DNA of 64,000 bases from Malacoraja senta (Eukaryota): NCBI GenBank assembly GCA_038087875.1, contig JAXLNO010000041.1, positions 62,001 to 126,000 on the forward strand, written 5' to 3'. Below are positions 8,441 to 22,923 of the stretch, one piece after another; position 1 is the stretch's first letter; every line of letters begins with the position of its first letter. A model generated the notes under the pieces. That model saw only the letters and a program-made list of their open reading frames with translations. It ran no database searches and had not been told where the DNA came from. Both the position numbers and the translations under genes were made by a program.

Positions 8441-9272
8441 ATGCTGGCCGTGACAATTTATTGGCTTCTTACAGCTGCAGCTCTTTTAACGGTTAAGTAC
8501 AAGACGTTTCCAAGCCTGAATATTATATTACTGTAGGGCATGGTATTTAATCAATAAAATGCCTTGCATGCAATGGAATGACTTTAGAAAGTGAGTCAGT
8601 GAGGGAACAATAAACGAAGAGTACAATAAGAATATAGATGCAGTTCCGACCAAAGTGCTGTAAGGATTTTGAGATGAGTTTCCAGGTATATTAGACCACG
8701 CCCGTGTTCTAAGGTCGTGCGCTCAGCAATTCGTCTCCTCCTCCCGAGATGCAATGATGACGAGCAGGTGGCGATGGAAAGGGGTGGATGATTTTTAAAT
8801 ATAGTTTCATTCGGTAATTCACAGCGCGTTTTCTCCCACCTTCATTTAGGTTTGAGTGCAGGGAGATCTTTGTTGCCGTTCTACCTCAGATCAGTACCAG
8901 GATAAGGTGAGCGTGAGGAGAATGCGGTGATATTCTTGTTTTTAACTTCGTTCCCGGACTCTTGCAGAGCATTGTCGAGGCGACGCCGTTTCTCAGACAC
9001 CAGTAGTGGTAACAATGAGCGAAGGGGATGATGCCCAGTTGAACTGCATCTATACAGCTACAAGCACGAACAATCTTGTATTAATGTGGTACCGGCAGTA
9101 TCCCGGCGGATCCCTTCAATTTCTGGTTCAGAACGAAATTCGAAGCCGCCCAGAAGAACAGTGCTGGAGAACGTTTGGCTGCGGAGCTCAACCATTTGAC
9201 AGGAACAGTCCCGCTGACTGTGTCGCAAACGCGGCTCCGAGACGCGGCGATGTATTACTGCGCCCTGAGTCC
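8441..9272 (+). pseudogene. TRAV: V pseudogene lineage B (frameshift; leader donor GT>TT)
   Basis: Same 2-nt deletion as other B copies; donor reads ACGG-TTAAG at 8493; CACGGAG/11/ACATAAACT at 9273-9299. Confidence 0.9.
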
Positions 9273-9346
9273 CACGGAGGCAGCGATTGTACATAAACTA
9301 CCATTTCCGGATTTCAGTTCATATTCACTCTCCATGTAATTGAAAC

Positions 9347-10047
9347 ATGCTGTCATTGACTATTTATTTGCTTCTTATAGCTGCAGCTCTCTTAACCGGT
9401 ATGTTCACGACGTTTCCAAGCCTGTATATTATGTTACTTTAGGGCATGATATCTCATCAATCAAATACATTGAATGCAATGGAATCACGTTAGAATGCCA
9501 TTCAATGGGAGGATAGTAAGTGAAGAGTACAAAGAGGAATATAGATGCAGTTCCTCAATAGGGATGTGAGGGGATTTGAGGCGTTTCCAGGTTAATAGCT
9601 GGAAACTAGCCCCGGTTGGGTAGAGTCCAGCAGTTGGAACACACCGGTGTTCTACGTAGGAGCGCTCTACGATTCCCCTTTTCCTTCCGGGACGCAATGA
9701 TGACGAGCGGAGTGCGATGGAAAGGGTTGGATGATATTTAAAGATAATTTCATTCGGTAATTGCCAACGCCTACCCCCCACCTTTATGTAGCTTTTAGGG
9801 GAGGGGTATCATTAATGCCATTGCACCTCGAATCAGTACCAGGATAGGGGGTATTTTCGAATATGAACACAGTAAGGTGATGTTCTGTTGTTTAACTTCG
9901 TCCCCGGATTCTTGCAGGGCATTGTCGAGGCGACGCCGTTTCTCAGACCCCAGCAATGATAACAGTGAGTGAAGGCGATGACGCACCGTTGAAGTGCAAC
10001 TACACAGCTACAATCACGAGCAATCTTAGACTAATCTGGTACCGTCA
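9347..10047 (+). pseudogene. TRAV: V pseudogene lineage C (truncated)
   Basis: Copy of 2535-3235 at +6812; ends at WYR. Confidence 0.9.
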
Positions 10048-10048
10048 T

Positions 10049-10466
10049 GGCCCTGTCCCACGGTGCGAGGCCACCCACGTGTGATCCCGAGTTTAAAACA
10101 AATCAAACTCGTGGTAATCACGTAGCGGGAACGTCGGAACTCGTAACTCTAACGGCAGGTACTCTTGAAACTTGTTAACTCGTGAAAATCTTTCAACATG
10201 CTGAAAGATTTCCACGAGTCAGAGTTACTCTTGAAGTAAAACATTTAAACTTTTAAACTCGTTGTAAGAACTTAGTAGCCCGTGAGTTTACCGTAGTGAC
10301 TCGTGAGTCTACCGTGGGCACTCTTTAACTCAGCTGGACAGGCAGCATCTCTGCAGAGAAGGAATGGGTGACGGGATGACGTTTCCAAAATTCTGCTGCG
10401 TCTTTGTGTTACTCCAGCACTTTGTGTTCACTTTTTGTCAACCAGCATCTGCCCTTTCTTGTGTAT
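10049..10466. mobile_element. Copy of MITE-like plus repeat-remnant insertion
   Basis: Copy of 3237-3654; inverted ACCGTGGG at 10311-10318. Confidence 0.6.
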
Positions 10467-10920
10467 GACATTATTTGTACCCGTGGCAGTTGATTGTCGC
10501 TCACATACCAGGCTTTTAAACACGACACAACACTAACCTATGATCTATGAACTGTCTTTCGGTGCACTTAGCAATTCAAGCTTTTTAATGCACATGGATT
10601 ACGTTATTAATTTATTGTATTTTGTTTATTATTTATCATACTTCAGGCCTTGTCTCTCCTGTGACTTCATGAAACAGAAAACAAAGGAGGTTTGAGATGA
10701 TTGGCAACTGAGAAGCAGTGAGTTGATTGGCGGAATTCAGCGAGTGAGGTAAGTCGGGGGGGTTGGAGAACACATTCGCTCAGTGCCGAGGGGATGTGCC
10801 GTCGTCAAAAATAAACCAATGAATTGAGAGCCTAGACCACAGCTCTTTCACAATATCTGATTAAACATATTTCCCGATGAGAACATTTCAGTTCATATTC
10901 ACTCTCAAAGCAATCACAAC

Positions 10921-11663
10921 ATGTTGGCCGTGATTATTTATTCTCTTCTTGCAGCTGCAGCTCTCTTAACCGGTAGGTGCACGGCGTTTCCGACCCTGGA
11001 TATTATATTATTACGGGGCATGATATTTAATCAATCAACTAGTTTGAATGCAATAGAATGACTTAAGAAAGGGAGTCACACCCATGTTCTACGGACGAGT
11101 GCTGAAAGATTCTCTTTTCTCCCTCCCAAGACAGAATGATGACGAGCAGAGGGCAATGGAAAGGGTTACATGATCTTTAAAGACAATTTAATTCAGTAAT
11201 TCCCACTGCTTTCCCGCCACCTTGATGTGGGTTTTAGGGGAGGGTATTCTTTGCTGCCGTTGTGCCTCAGATCAGTATCAAGATATGCGGCATTTTCCAG
11301 TATCAACATATTGGGATAATGCAATGTAATTTAATTTCTTCCCCTGGCCCTTGCAGGACATTGTTGAGGCGAAGCCGTTTCTCAGACACCAGTAGTGGAA
11401 ACAGTAAATGAAGGGGATGATGCCCAGTTGAATTGCAACTATACAGCTACAAGCACGAGCGTCCCTGGACTAATCTGGTACCGTCAGTATCCCGGCGGAT
11501 CCCTTGAGTTTCTGCTGCTCAAAACGACATTCAAAGGCGGCCAGAAGAACAATGCCGGGGAACGTTTTTCTGCGGAGCTCAACCATTTGACAGGAACGGT
11601 CCCGCTGACCGTGTCACAAACGCGGCTCCGAGACTCGGCCATGTATTACTGCGCTCTGAACCC
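10921..11663 (+). CDS. TRAV: V segment lineage D (open; intact CAC heptamer)
   Basis: Leader from 10921, V exon 11357-11663 (TSTSVPG; LLLKTTFKGG), RSS 11664-11702 CACGGTG/23/ACAAAAATT. Confidence 0.87.
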
Positions 11664-12275
11664 CACGGTGGCGCAGAATTGGGCTGAGCCTGTACAAAAA
11701 TTATCTGAGAACCCCGTCAGGAATCAGCGCGTAAGCGCAGCTTTGTCAGCATCGGCGCGTCCTCGTTGATTGCTGCACCCGTCCCAACGCCAGTGTGGTT
11801 GCTGCCATTAATACTCGATTTTTAAACATTAAAAACCCATGACAATTGAGTTGAAGAATAGCTTCTAACAAACAGACATTAGGTTCGTGAACACTCCACA
11901 GCACTAACAGATGAACTATGAACTGTCTGTGGTTGCATTAAGCAGTTCATAACTTATGCACATGGACTAGGTTGTTAATTGATTGAATTGTGTTTATTAT
12001 TTCTCATACTGCATACGATGACGCCATGGGACAGAACGCAAAGGAGGTTTGAGATGATTGGGCAACAAATGCAGGAATGTGATTGGCGGAATTAAGAAAC
12101 AATGTTAATTCGGGGAGTTGGAGAACAAATTAGCTCTGGGCTGAGGGGACATGACGCTGTCAAGAATAAGCCAATGAATAGAGAGCCGAGACCACAGCTC
12201 TTTCACAATATCAGATGAAACTTGTTTCCGGGTGAGACCATTTCAGTTCATATTCACTCTCAATGCAATTACAAC

Positions 12276-13146
12276 ATGCTGCCCGTGACAATTTATTGTC
12301 TTCTTGCAGCTGCAGCTCTCTTAACGGGTAAGTTCAGGACGTTTCGAAGCCTGTACATTATATTACTGTAGGGCATGGTATTTAATCAATGAAATACCCT
12401 GCATGCAATAGAATGACTTTAGAATGGGAATCAGTGAGAGGACTAAACGAAGAGCACAATAAGAATATAGATGCAGTGCCACACAAAGTGATGTTAGGAA
12501 ATTTGAGTAGAATTCCCAGAAATATTGTTGGAAACCAGCGCCTATGGTGAAGCATCGGAGAGTTAGAAAACTCCCGTGTGCTAAGTACGAGCGCTCAGCG
12601 ATTCCTCTTCCCCTCTCGAGATCCAATGATGACGAGCAGATGGCGATGGAAAGGGGCGGATGATTTTTTAAAGATAATTTCATTCGGTTATTCACAGCGC
12701 CTTTCCCCCCCATCTTTATTTAGCTTTTAGGGGAGGGAGATCTTTGTTGCCGTTCTACCTCAGATCAGTATAATTAATATGAATATGAGCAGAATGAGGT
12801 GATGTTGTGTTTTCTAACCTCGTACCCGGGCTCTTGCAGGATATTGTAGAGGCGACGCCGTTTCTCAGACACCAGTAGTGGTAACAGTGAGTGAAGGGGA
12901 AGATGCACAGTTGAAGTGCAACTATACAACTGCAAGCACGAGCATTCTTGGACTAATCTGGTACCGTCAGTCTCCCGGCGGATCCCTTGAGTTTCTGCTG
13001 CTCAGAACGAAAATCGAAGCCGTCCAGAAGAACAATGCTGGAGAACGTTTTTCTGCGGAGCTCAACCATTCGACAGGAACGGTCCCGCTGACGGTATCAC
13101 AAACGCGGCTCCGAGACGCGGCAATGTATTACTGCGCCCTGAACCC
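12276..13146 (+). CDS. TRAV: V segment lineage E (open; CDR1 ASTSILG)
   Basis: Leader from 12276, V exon 12840-13146, RSS 13147-13185. Confidence 0.88.
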
Positions 13147-13770
13147 CACGGTGGCGCAGAATTGGGCTGAGCCTGCACAAAAACTACCAGTGCACCCACT
13201 CATGTATCACCGCGTAAACACAACTTTCTCAGCATCGGCGCGTCCTCGTTGATTGCTGCACCCGTCCCATCGCCAGTGTGTTTGCTGTCATTAATACTCG
13301 ATTTTTAAATATTAAAAAACCCATGACAATTGGGTTGAAGAATAGCTTCTAACAAACAAATATTAGGTTCTTGAACACTACACAGCACTAACAGAAGAAC
13401 TATGAAATGTCTTCGGTTGCATTAAGCATTTCATGCATCTTATGCACATGGACTTGGTTGTTAATTTATTGAATTTTGTTTATTGTATATTATACTTCAG
13501 GCCTTGCCCCTCCTGTGACGCCATGGAACAGAAAAAAGGAGGGTTGAGATGATTGGCCAACAAAAGCAATGGTGTGATTGGCGGAATTAAGAAACTGAGT
13601 TAATTCGGGGAGTTGGAGAACAAATTAGCTCCGCGCCGACAGGATGTGACGCTGTCACGAATAAGCCAATGAATGAAGAGCCTAGACCACAGCTCTTTCA
13701 CAATATCAGATTAAACCTGTTTCCGGGTGAGCGCATTTCAGTTCATATTCACTCTCAATGCAATTACAAC

Positions 13771-14628
13771 ATGCTGGCCTTGACAATGTATTGGCTTCTT
13801 ACAGCTGCAGCTCTCTTAACCGGTAAGTTCACGACGTTTCCAATAATGTAGGGCATGATATTTAAGCAACCAAATACCTTGAATGCAACAGAACGACTTT
13901 AGAAAAGGAGTCCGTCTGAGGACAGTAAACGATGAGCGCAGTAGGATAAAAGATGCAGTTTCACAGTAATTGATGTTCGGAAATTTGATGTGAGTTTCCA
14001 CGTTAATTGTTGGAAAGCAGCCCCGACGGAGAAGCATCGAAGCGTTAGAACACACCGGTGGTCCCCGTACGAGTGCTCTACGATTCCTCTTTTCCTCCCC
14101 GGAAGCAATAACAACGTCCAGTACGATGGAACGGGCTGGATTATCTTTAAAGATAAATTTATTCGGTAATTCCCAGCGCCTTTCCGCCCATCTTTATTTA
14201 GCTTTTAGGGGAGGGGTATGTTTGATGTCATTGTACCTCATATCAGTATTAGGATGAGGGGTATTCTGAAGTATGAGCTGAGTTAGGTGATGTTGTGTTA
14301 TTTATCCCCGGACTCTTGCAGGGAATTGTCGAGGCGACGCCGTTTCTCAGTCAACGGCAGCGGTTACAGTGAGTGAAGGGGATGATACAAAATTGAGCTG
14401 CAAGTATACAGCTACAAGCACGGTATCCCCTGGACTAATCTGGTACCGTCAGTATGCCGGCGGATGCCTTGAGTTTCTGCTGCTCAGAACGAAAATCGAA
14501 GCCGCCCAGAAGAACAGTGCCGGTGAACGTTTTTCTGCGGAGCTCAACCATTCGACAGGAACGGTCCCGCTGACCGTGTCACAAACGCGGCTCCGAGACT
14601 CGGCGATGTATTACTGCGCACTGAATCC
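13771..14628 (+). CDS. TRAV: V segment lineage A (open; FR2 Cys; SQSTAAV N-terminus)
   Basis: Leader from 13771, V exon 14322-14628, RSS 14629-14667. Confidence 0.88.
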
Positions 14629-15253
14629 CACGGTGGCGCAGTGGTGGGCTGAGCCTGCACAAAAACTGCCAGTGCACCCACTCATGTATCACCGCGTAAG
14701 CGCAGCTTTGTCAGCATCGGCGCGTCCTCGTTGATTGCTGCACCGTTCCCAACGCCAGTGTGTTTGCTGTCATTAATACTCGATTTTTAAATATTAAAAA
14801 CCCATGACAATTGGGTTGAAGAATAGCTTCTAACAAACAAATATTAGGTTCTTGAACTCTACACAGCACTAAAAAATGAACTATGAAATGTCTTCGGTTG
14901 CATTAAGCACTTCATTCATCTTATGCACATGGACTAGGTTGTTAATTTATTGAATTTTGTTTATTGTATATTATACTTCAGGCCTTGCCCCTGCTGTGAC
15001 GCCGTGGAACAGAAAACAAAGGAGGTTTGAGATGATTGGGCAACAAAAGCAATGACGTGATTGGCGGAATTAAGAAACTGAGTTAATTCGGGGAGTTGGA
15101 GAACAAATTAGCTCCGCGCCGACGGGATGTGACGCTGTCAAGAATAAGCCAACGAATGAAGAACCAAGACCACAGCCCTTTCACAATATCAGATTAAACC
15201 TGTTTCCGGGTGAGCGCATTTCAGTTCATATTCACTCTCAATCCAATTACAAC

Positions 15254-16085
15254 ATGGTGGCCGTGACAATTTATTGGCTTCTTACAGCTGCAGCTCTTTT
15301 AACGGGTAAGTACAAGACGTTTCCAAGCCTGAATATTATATTACTGTGGGGCATGGTATTTAATCAATAAAATGCCTTGCATGCAATGGAATGACTTTAG
15401 AAAGTGAGTCAGTGAGGGTACAATAAACGAAGAGTACAATAAGAATATAGATGCAGTTCCGACCAAAGTGCTGTAAGGATTTTGAGATGAGTTTCGAGGT
15501 ATATTAGACCACGCTCGTGTTCTAAGGTCGTGCGCTCAGCAATTCCTCTCCTCCTCCCGAGATGCAATGATCACGAGCAGGTGGCGATGGAAAGGGGTGG
15601 ATGATTTTTAAATATAGTTTCATTCGGTAATTCACAGCGCGTTTTCTCCCACCTTCATTTAGGTTTGAGTGCAGGGAGATCTTTGTTGCCGTTCTACCTC
15701 AGATCAGTACCAGGATAAGGTGAGCGTGAGCAGAATGCGGTGATATTCTTGTTTTTAACTTCGTTCCCGGACTCTTGCAGAGCATTGTCGAGGCGACGCC
15801 GTTTCTCAGACACCAGTAGTGGTAACAATGAGCGAAGGGGATGATGCCCAGTTGAACTGCAACTATACAGCTACAAGCACGAACAATCTTGTATTAATGT
15901 GGTACCGGCAGTATCCCGGCGGATCCCTTCAATTTCTGGTTCAGAACGAAATTCGAAGCCGCCCAGAAGAACAGTGCTGGAGAACGTTTGGCTGCGGAGC
16001 TCAACCATTTGACAGGAACAGTCCCGCTGACTGTGTCGCAAACGCGGCTCCGAGACGCGGCGATGTATTACTGCGCCCTGAGTCC
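15254..16085 (+). pseudogene. TRAV: V pseudogene lineage B
   Basis: Shared 2-nt deletion; CACGGAG/11/ACATAAACT at 16086-16112. Confidence 0.9.
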
Positions 16086-16159
16086 CACGGAGGCAGCGAT
16101 TGTACATAAACTACCATTTCCGGATTTCAGTTCATATTCACTCTCCATGTAATTGAAAC

Positions 16160-16860
16160 ATGCTGTCATTGACTATTTATTCGCTTCTTATAGCTGCAGC
16201 TCTCTTAACCGGTATGTTCACGACGTTTCCAAGCCTGTATATTATGTTACTTTAGGGCATGATATCTCATCAATCAAATACATTGAATGCAATGGAATCA
16301 CGTTAGAAAGCCATTCAATGGGAGGATAGTAAGTGAAGAGTACAAAGAGGAATATAGATGCAGTTCCTCAATAGGGATGTGAGGGGATTTGAGGCGTTTC
16401 CAGGTTAATAGCTGGAAACTGGCCCCGGCTGGGTAGAATCCTGCAGTTGGAACACACCGGTGTTCTACGTAGGAGCGCTCTACGATTCCCCTTTTCCTTC
16501 CGGGACGCAATGATGACGAGCGGAGTGCGATGGAAAGGGTTGGATGATCTTTAAAGATAATTTCATTCGGTAATTGCCAGCGCCTACCCCCCACCTTTAT
16601 GTAGCTTTTAGGGGAGGGGTATCATTAATGCCATTGCACCTCGAATCAGTACCAGGATAGGGGGTATTTTCGAATATGAACACAGTAAGGTGATGTTCCG
16701 TTGTTTAACTTCGTCCCCGGATTCTTGCAGGGCATTGTCGAGGCGACGCCGTTTCTCAGACCCCAGCAATGATAACAGTGAGTGAAGGCGATGACGCACC
16801 GTTGAAGTGCAACTACACAGCTACAATCACGAGCAATCTTGGACTAATCTGGTACCGTCA
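16160..16860 (+). pseudogene. TRAV: V pseudogene lineage C (truncated)
   Basis: Copy of 2535-3235 at +13,625. Confidence 0.9.
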
Positions 16861-16861
16861 T

Positions 16862-17279
16862 GGCCCTGTCCCACGGTGCGAGTCCACCCACGTGTGATCC
16901 CGAGTTTAAAACAAATCAAACTCGTGGTAATCACGTAGCGGGAACGTCGGAACTCGTAACTCTAACGGCAGGTACTCGGGAAACTTGTTAACTCGTGAAA
17001 ATCTTTCAACATGCTGAAAGATTTCCACGAGTCAGAGTTACTCTTGAAGTAAAAAAATTAAACTTTTAAACTCGTTGTAAGAACGTAGTAGCCCGTGAGT
17101 TTACCGTAGTGACTCGTGAGTCTACCGTGGGCACTCTTTAACTCAGCTGGACAGGCAGCATCTCTGCAGAGATGGAATGGGTGACGGGATGACGTTTCCA
17201 AAATTCTGCTGCGTCTTTGTGTTACTCCAGCACTGTGTGTTCACTTTTTGTCAACCAGCATCTGCCCTTTCTTGTGTAT
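16862..17279. mobile_element. Copy of MITE-like plus repeat-remnant insertion
   Basis: Copy of 3237-3654. Confidence 0.6.
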
Positions 17280-17733
17280 GACATTATTTGTATCCGTGGC
17301 AGTTGATTGTCGCTCAAATACCAGGCTTTTAAACACGGCAGAACACTAACCTATGAACTATGAACTGTCTTTCGGTGCACTTAGCAATTCAAGCTTTTTA
17401 ATGCACATGGATTACGTTATTAATTTATTGTATTTTGTTTATTATTTATCATACTTCAGGCCTTGTCTCTCCTGTGACTTCATGAAACAGAAAACAAAGG
17501 AGGTTTGAGATGATTGGCAACTGAGAAGCAGTGAGTTGATTGGCGGAATTCAGCGAGTGAGGTAAGTCGGGGGGGTTGGAGAACACATTCGCTCTGTGCC
17601 GAGGGGATGTGCCGTCGTCAAAAATAAACCAATGAATTGAGAACCTAGACCACAGCTCTTTCACAATATCCGATTAAACATATTTCCCGATGAGAACATT
17701 TCAGTTCATATTCACTCTCAAAGCAATCACAAC

Positions 17734-18476
17734 ATGTTGGCCGTGATTATTTATTCTCTTCTTGCAGCTGCAGCTCTCTTAACCGGTAGGTGCACGGCGT
17801 TTCCGACCCTGGATATTATATTACTACGGGGCATGATATTTAATCAATCAACTAGTTTGAATGCAATAGAATGACTTAAGAAAGGGAGTCACACCCATGT
17901 TCTACGGACGAGTGCTGAAAGATTCTCTTTTCTCCCTCCCAAGACAGAATGATGACGAGCAGAGGGCAATGGAAAGGGTTACATGATCTTTAAAGACAAT
18001 TTAATTCAGTAATTCCCAGTGCTTTCCCGCCACCTTGATGTGGGTTTTAGGGGAGAGTATTCTTTGCTGCCGTTGTGCCTCAGATCAGTATCAAGATATG
18101 CGGCATTTTCCAGTATCAACATATTGGGATAATGCAATGTAATTTAATTTCTTTCCCTGGCCCTTGCAGGACATTGTCGAGGCGATGCCGTTTCTCAGAC
18201 ACCAGTAGTGGAAACAGTAAATGAAGGGGATGATGCCCAGTTGAATTGCAACTATACAGCTACAAGCACGAGCGTCCATGGACTAATCTGGTACCGTCAG
18301 TATCCCGGCGGATCCCTTGAGTTTCTGCTGCTCAGAACGACATTCAAAGGCGGCCAGAAGAACAATGCCGGGGAACGTTTTTCTGCGGAGCTCAACCATT
18401 TGACAGGAACGGTCCCGCTGACCGTGTCACAAACGCGGCTCCGAGACTCGGCCATGTATTACTGCGCTCTGAACCC
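17734..18476 (+). CDS. TRAV: V segment lineage D, open, heptamer TACGGTG
   Basis: V exon 18170-18476, RSS 18477-18515 begins TAC. Confidence 0.85.
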
Positions 18477-19088
18477 TACGGTGGCGCAGAATTGGGCTGA
18501 GCCTGTACAAAAATTATCTGAGAACCCCGTCAGGAATCAGCGCGTAAGCGCAGCTTTGTCAGCATCGGCGCGTCCTCGTTGATTGCTGCACCCGTCCCAA
18601 CGCCAGTGTGGTTGCTGCCATTAATACTCGATTTTTAAACATTAAAAACCCATGACAATTGAGTTGAAGAATAGCTTCTAACAAACAGACATTAGGTTCG
18701 TGAACACTCCACAGCACTAACAGATGAACTATGAACTGTCTGTGGTTGCATTAAGCAGTTCATAACTTATCCACATGGACTAGGTTGTTAATTTATTGAA
18801 TTGTGTTTATTATTTGTCATACTGCATACTATGACGCCATGGGACAGAAAACAAAGGAGGTTTGAGATGATTGGGCATCAAAAGCAATGATGCGATTGGC
18901 GGAATTAAGAAACAATGTTAATTCGGGGAGTTGGAGAACAAATTAGCTCTTCGCTGATGGGACGTGACGCTGTCAAGAATAAGCCAATGAATAGAGAGCC
19001 GAGACCACAGCTCTTTCACAATATCAGATTAAACCTGTTTCCGTGTGAGACCATTTTGGTTCATATTCACTCTCAATGCAATTACAAC

Positions 19089-19959
19089 ATGCTGACCGTG
19101 ACAATTTATTGTCTTCTTGCAGCTGCAGCTCTCTTAACGGGTAAGTTCAGGACGTTTCGAAGCCTGTACATTATATTACTGTAGGGCATGGTATTTAATC
19201 AATGAAATACTCTGCATGCAATAGAATGACTTTAGAATGGGAATCAGCGAGAGGACTAAACGAAGAGCACAATAAGAATATGGATGCTGTTCCCCACAAA
19301 GTGATGTTAGGAAATTTGAGGTGAATTCCCAGAAATATTGTTGGAAACCAGCGCCTATGGTGAAGCATCGGAGAGTTAGAAAACTCCCTTGTGCTAAGTA
19401 CTAGCGCTCAGCGATTCCTCTTCCCCTCTCGAGATCCAATGATGACGAGCAGATGGCGATGGAAAGGGGCGGATGATTTTTTAAAGATAATTTCATTCGG
19501 TTATTCACAGCGCCTTTCCCCCCCATCTTTATTTAGCTTTTAGGGGAGGGAGATCTTTGTTGCCGTTCTACCTCAGATCAGTATAATTAATATGAATATG
19601 AGCAGAATGAGGTGATGTTGTGTTTTCTAACCTCGTACCCGGGCTCTTGCAGGATATTGTAGAGGCGACGCCGTTTCTCAGACACCAGTAGTGGTAACAG
19701 TGAGTGAAGGGGAAGATGCACAGTTGAACTGCAACTATACAACTGCAAGCACGAGTATTCTTGGACTAATCTGGTACCGTCAGTATCCCGGCGGATCCCT
19801 TGAGTTTCTGCTGCTCAGAACGAAAATCGAAGCCGTCCAGAAGAACAATGCTGGAGAACGTTTTTCTGCGGAGCTCAACCATTCGACAGGAACGGTCCCG
19901 CTGACGGTATCACAAACGCGGCTCCGAGACGCGGCAATGTATTACTGCGCCCTGAACCC
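19089..19959 (+). CDS. TRAV: V segment lineage E (open; ASTSILG)
   Basis: V exon 19653-19959, RSS 19960-19998. Confidence 0.88.
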
Positions 19960-20583
19960 CACGGTGGCGCAGAATTGGGCTGAGCCTGCACAAAAACTAC
20001 CAGTGCACCCACTCATGTATCACCGCGTAAACACAACTTTCTCAGCATCGGCGCGTCCTCGTTGATTGCTGCACCCGTCCCATCGCCAGTGTGTTTGCTG
20101 TCATTAATACTCGATTTTTAAATATTAAAAAACCCATGACAATTAGGTTGAAGAATAGCTTCTAACAAACAAATATTAGGTTCTTGAACACTACAAAGCA
20201 CTAACAGAAGAACTATGAAATGTCTTCGGTTGCATTAAGCATTTCATGCATCTTATGCACATGGACTTGGTTGTTAATTTATTGAATTTTGTTTATTGTT
20301 TATTATACTTCAGGCCTTGCCCCTCCTGTGACGCCATGGAACAGAAAAAAGGAGGGTTGAGATGATTGGCCAACAAAAGCAATGGTGTGATTGGCGGAAT
20401 TAAGAAACTGAGTTAATTCGGGGAGTTGGAGAACAAATTAGCTCCGCGCCAACAGGATGTGACGCTGTCACGAATAAGCCAATCAATGAAGAGCCTAGAC
20501 CACAGCTCTTTCACAATATCAGATTAAACCTGTTTCCGGGTGAGCGCATTTCAGTTCATATTCACTCTCAATGCAATTACAAC

Positions 20584-21441
20584 ATGCTGGCCTTGACAAT
20601 GTATTGGCTTCTTACAGCTGCAGCTCTCTTAACCGGTAAGTTCACGACGTTTCCAATAATGTAGGGCATGATATTTAAGCAACCAAATACCTTGAATGCA
20701 ACAGAACGACTTTAGAAAAGGAGTCCGTCTGAGGACAGTAAACGATGAGCGCAGTAGGATAAAAGATGCTGTTTCACAGTAATTGATGTTCGGAAATTTG
20801 AGGTGAGTTTCCACGTTAATTGTTGGAAAGCAGCCCCGACGGAGAAGCATCGAAGCGTTAGAACACACCGGTGGTCCCCGTACGAGTGCTCTACGATTCC
20901 CCTTTTCCTCCCCGGAAGCAATAACAACGTCCAGTACGATGGAACGGGTTGGATTATCTTTAAAGATAAATTTATTCGGTAATTCCCAGCGCCTTTCCGC
21001 CCATCTTTATTTAGCTTTTAGGGGAGGGGTATGTTTGATGTCATTGTACCTCATATCAGTATGAGGATGAGGGGTATTCTGAAGTATGAGCTGAGTTAGG
21101 TGATGTTGTGTTATTTATCCCCGGACTCTTGCAGGGAATTGTCGAGGCGACGCCGTTTCTCAGTCAACGGCAGCGGTTACAGTGAGTGAAGGGGATGATA
21201 CAAAATTGAGCTGCAACTATACAGCTACAAGCACGGTCACTCCTGGACTGATCTGGTACCGTCGGTATCCCGGCGGATCCCTTGAGTTTCTTCTGCTGAG
21301 AACGACATTCAAAGGCGGCCAGAAGAACAATGCTGGAGAACGTTTTTCTGCGGAGCTCAACCATTCGACAGGAACGGTCCCGCTGACGGTATCACAAACG
21401 CGGCTCCGAGACGCGGCAATGTATTACTGCGCCCTGAGCCC
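20584..21441 (+). CDS. TRAV: Chimeric V segment A' (A leader/intron/FR1, D-type CDR2, E-type FR3 and 3' flank)
   Basis: V exon 21135-21441: TKLSCNY-TSTVTPG-WYRRYPGGS-RTTFKGGQKNN-NHSTG-RDAAMYYCALSP; RSS 21442-21480. Confidence 0.87.
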
Positions 21442-22065
21442 CACGGTGGCGCAGAATTGGGCTGAGCCTGCACAAAAACTACCAGTGCACCCACTCATGT
21501 ATCACCGCGTAAACACAACTTTCTCAGCATCGGCGCGTCCTCGTTGATTGCTGCACCCGTCCCATCGCCAGTGTGTTTGCTGTCATTAATACTCGATTTT
21601 TAAATATTAAAAAACCCATGACAATTGGGTTGAAGAATAGCTTCTAACAAACAAATATTAGGTTCTTGAACACTACACAGCACTAACAGAAGAACTATGA
21701 AATGTCTGCGGTTGCATTAAGCATTTCATGCATCTTATGCACATGGACCTGGTTGTTAATTTATTGAATTTTGTTTATTGTATATTATACTTCAGGCCTT
21801 GCCTGTCCTGTGACGCCATGGAACAGAAAAAAGGAGGGTTGAGATGATTGGCCAACAAAAGCAATGGTGTGATTGGCGGAATTAAGAAACTGAGTTAATT
21901 CGGGGAGTTGGAGAACAAATTAGCTCCGCGCCGACAGGATGTGACGCTGTCACGAATAAGCCAATGAATGAAGAGCCTAGACCACAGCTCTTTCACAATA
22001 TCAGATTAAACCTGTTTCCGGGTGAGCGCATTTCAGTTCATATTCACTCTCAATGCAATTACAAC

Positions 22066-22923
22066 ATGCTGGCCTTGACAATGTATTGGCTTCTTACAGC
22101 TGCAGCTCTCTTAACCGGTAAGTTCCCGACGTTTCCAATAATGTAGGGCATGATATTTAAGCAACCAAATACCTTGAATGCAACAGAACGACTTTAGAAA
22201 AGGAGTCCGTCTGAGGACAGTAAACGATGAGCGCAGTAGGATAAAAGATGCAGTTTCACAGTAATTGATGTTCGGAAATTTGGTGTGAGTTTCCACGTTA
22301 ATTGTTGGAAAGCAGCCCCGACGGAGAAGCATCGAAGCGTTAGAACACACCGGTGGTCCCCGTACGAGTGCTCTACGATTCCCCTTTTCCTCCCCGGAAG
22401 CAATAACAACGTCCAGTACGATGGAACGGGTTGGATTATCTTTAAAGATAAATTTATTCGGTAATTCCCAGCGCCTTTCCGCCCAGCTTTATTTAGCTTT
22501 TAGGGGAGGGGTATGTTTGATGTCATTGTACCTCATATCAGTATGAGGATGAGGGGTATTCTGAAGTATGAGCTGAGTTAGGTGATGTTGTGTTATTTAT
22601 CCCCGGACTCTTGCAGGGAATTGTCGAGGCGACGCCGTTTCTCAGTCAACGGCAGCGGTTACAGTGAGTGAAGGGGATGATACAAAATTGAGCTGCAACT
22701 ATACAGCTACAAGCACGGTCACTCCTGGACTGATCTGGTACCGTCGGTATCCCGGCGGATCCCTTGAGTTTCTGCTGCTCAGAACGAAAATCGAAGCCGT
22801 CCAGAAGAACAATGCTGGAGAACGTTTTTCTGCGGAGCTCAACCATTCGACAGGAACGGTCCCGCTGACGGTATCACAAACGCGGCTCCGAGACGCGGCA
22901 ATGTATTACTGCGCCCTGAACCC
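22066..22923 (+). CDS. TRAV: Chimeric V segment A' (A 5' half, E CDR2/FR3/3' flank)
   Basis: V exon 22617-22923 with RTKIEAVQKNN; RSS 22924-22962. Confidence 0.87.
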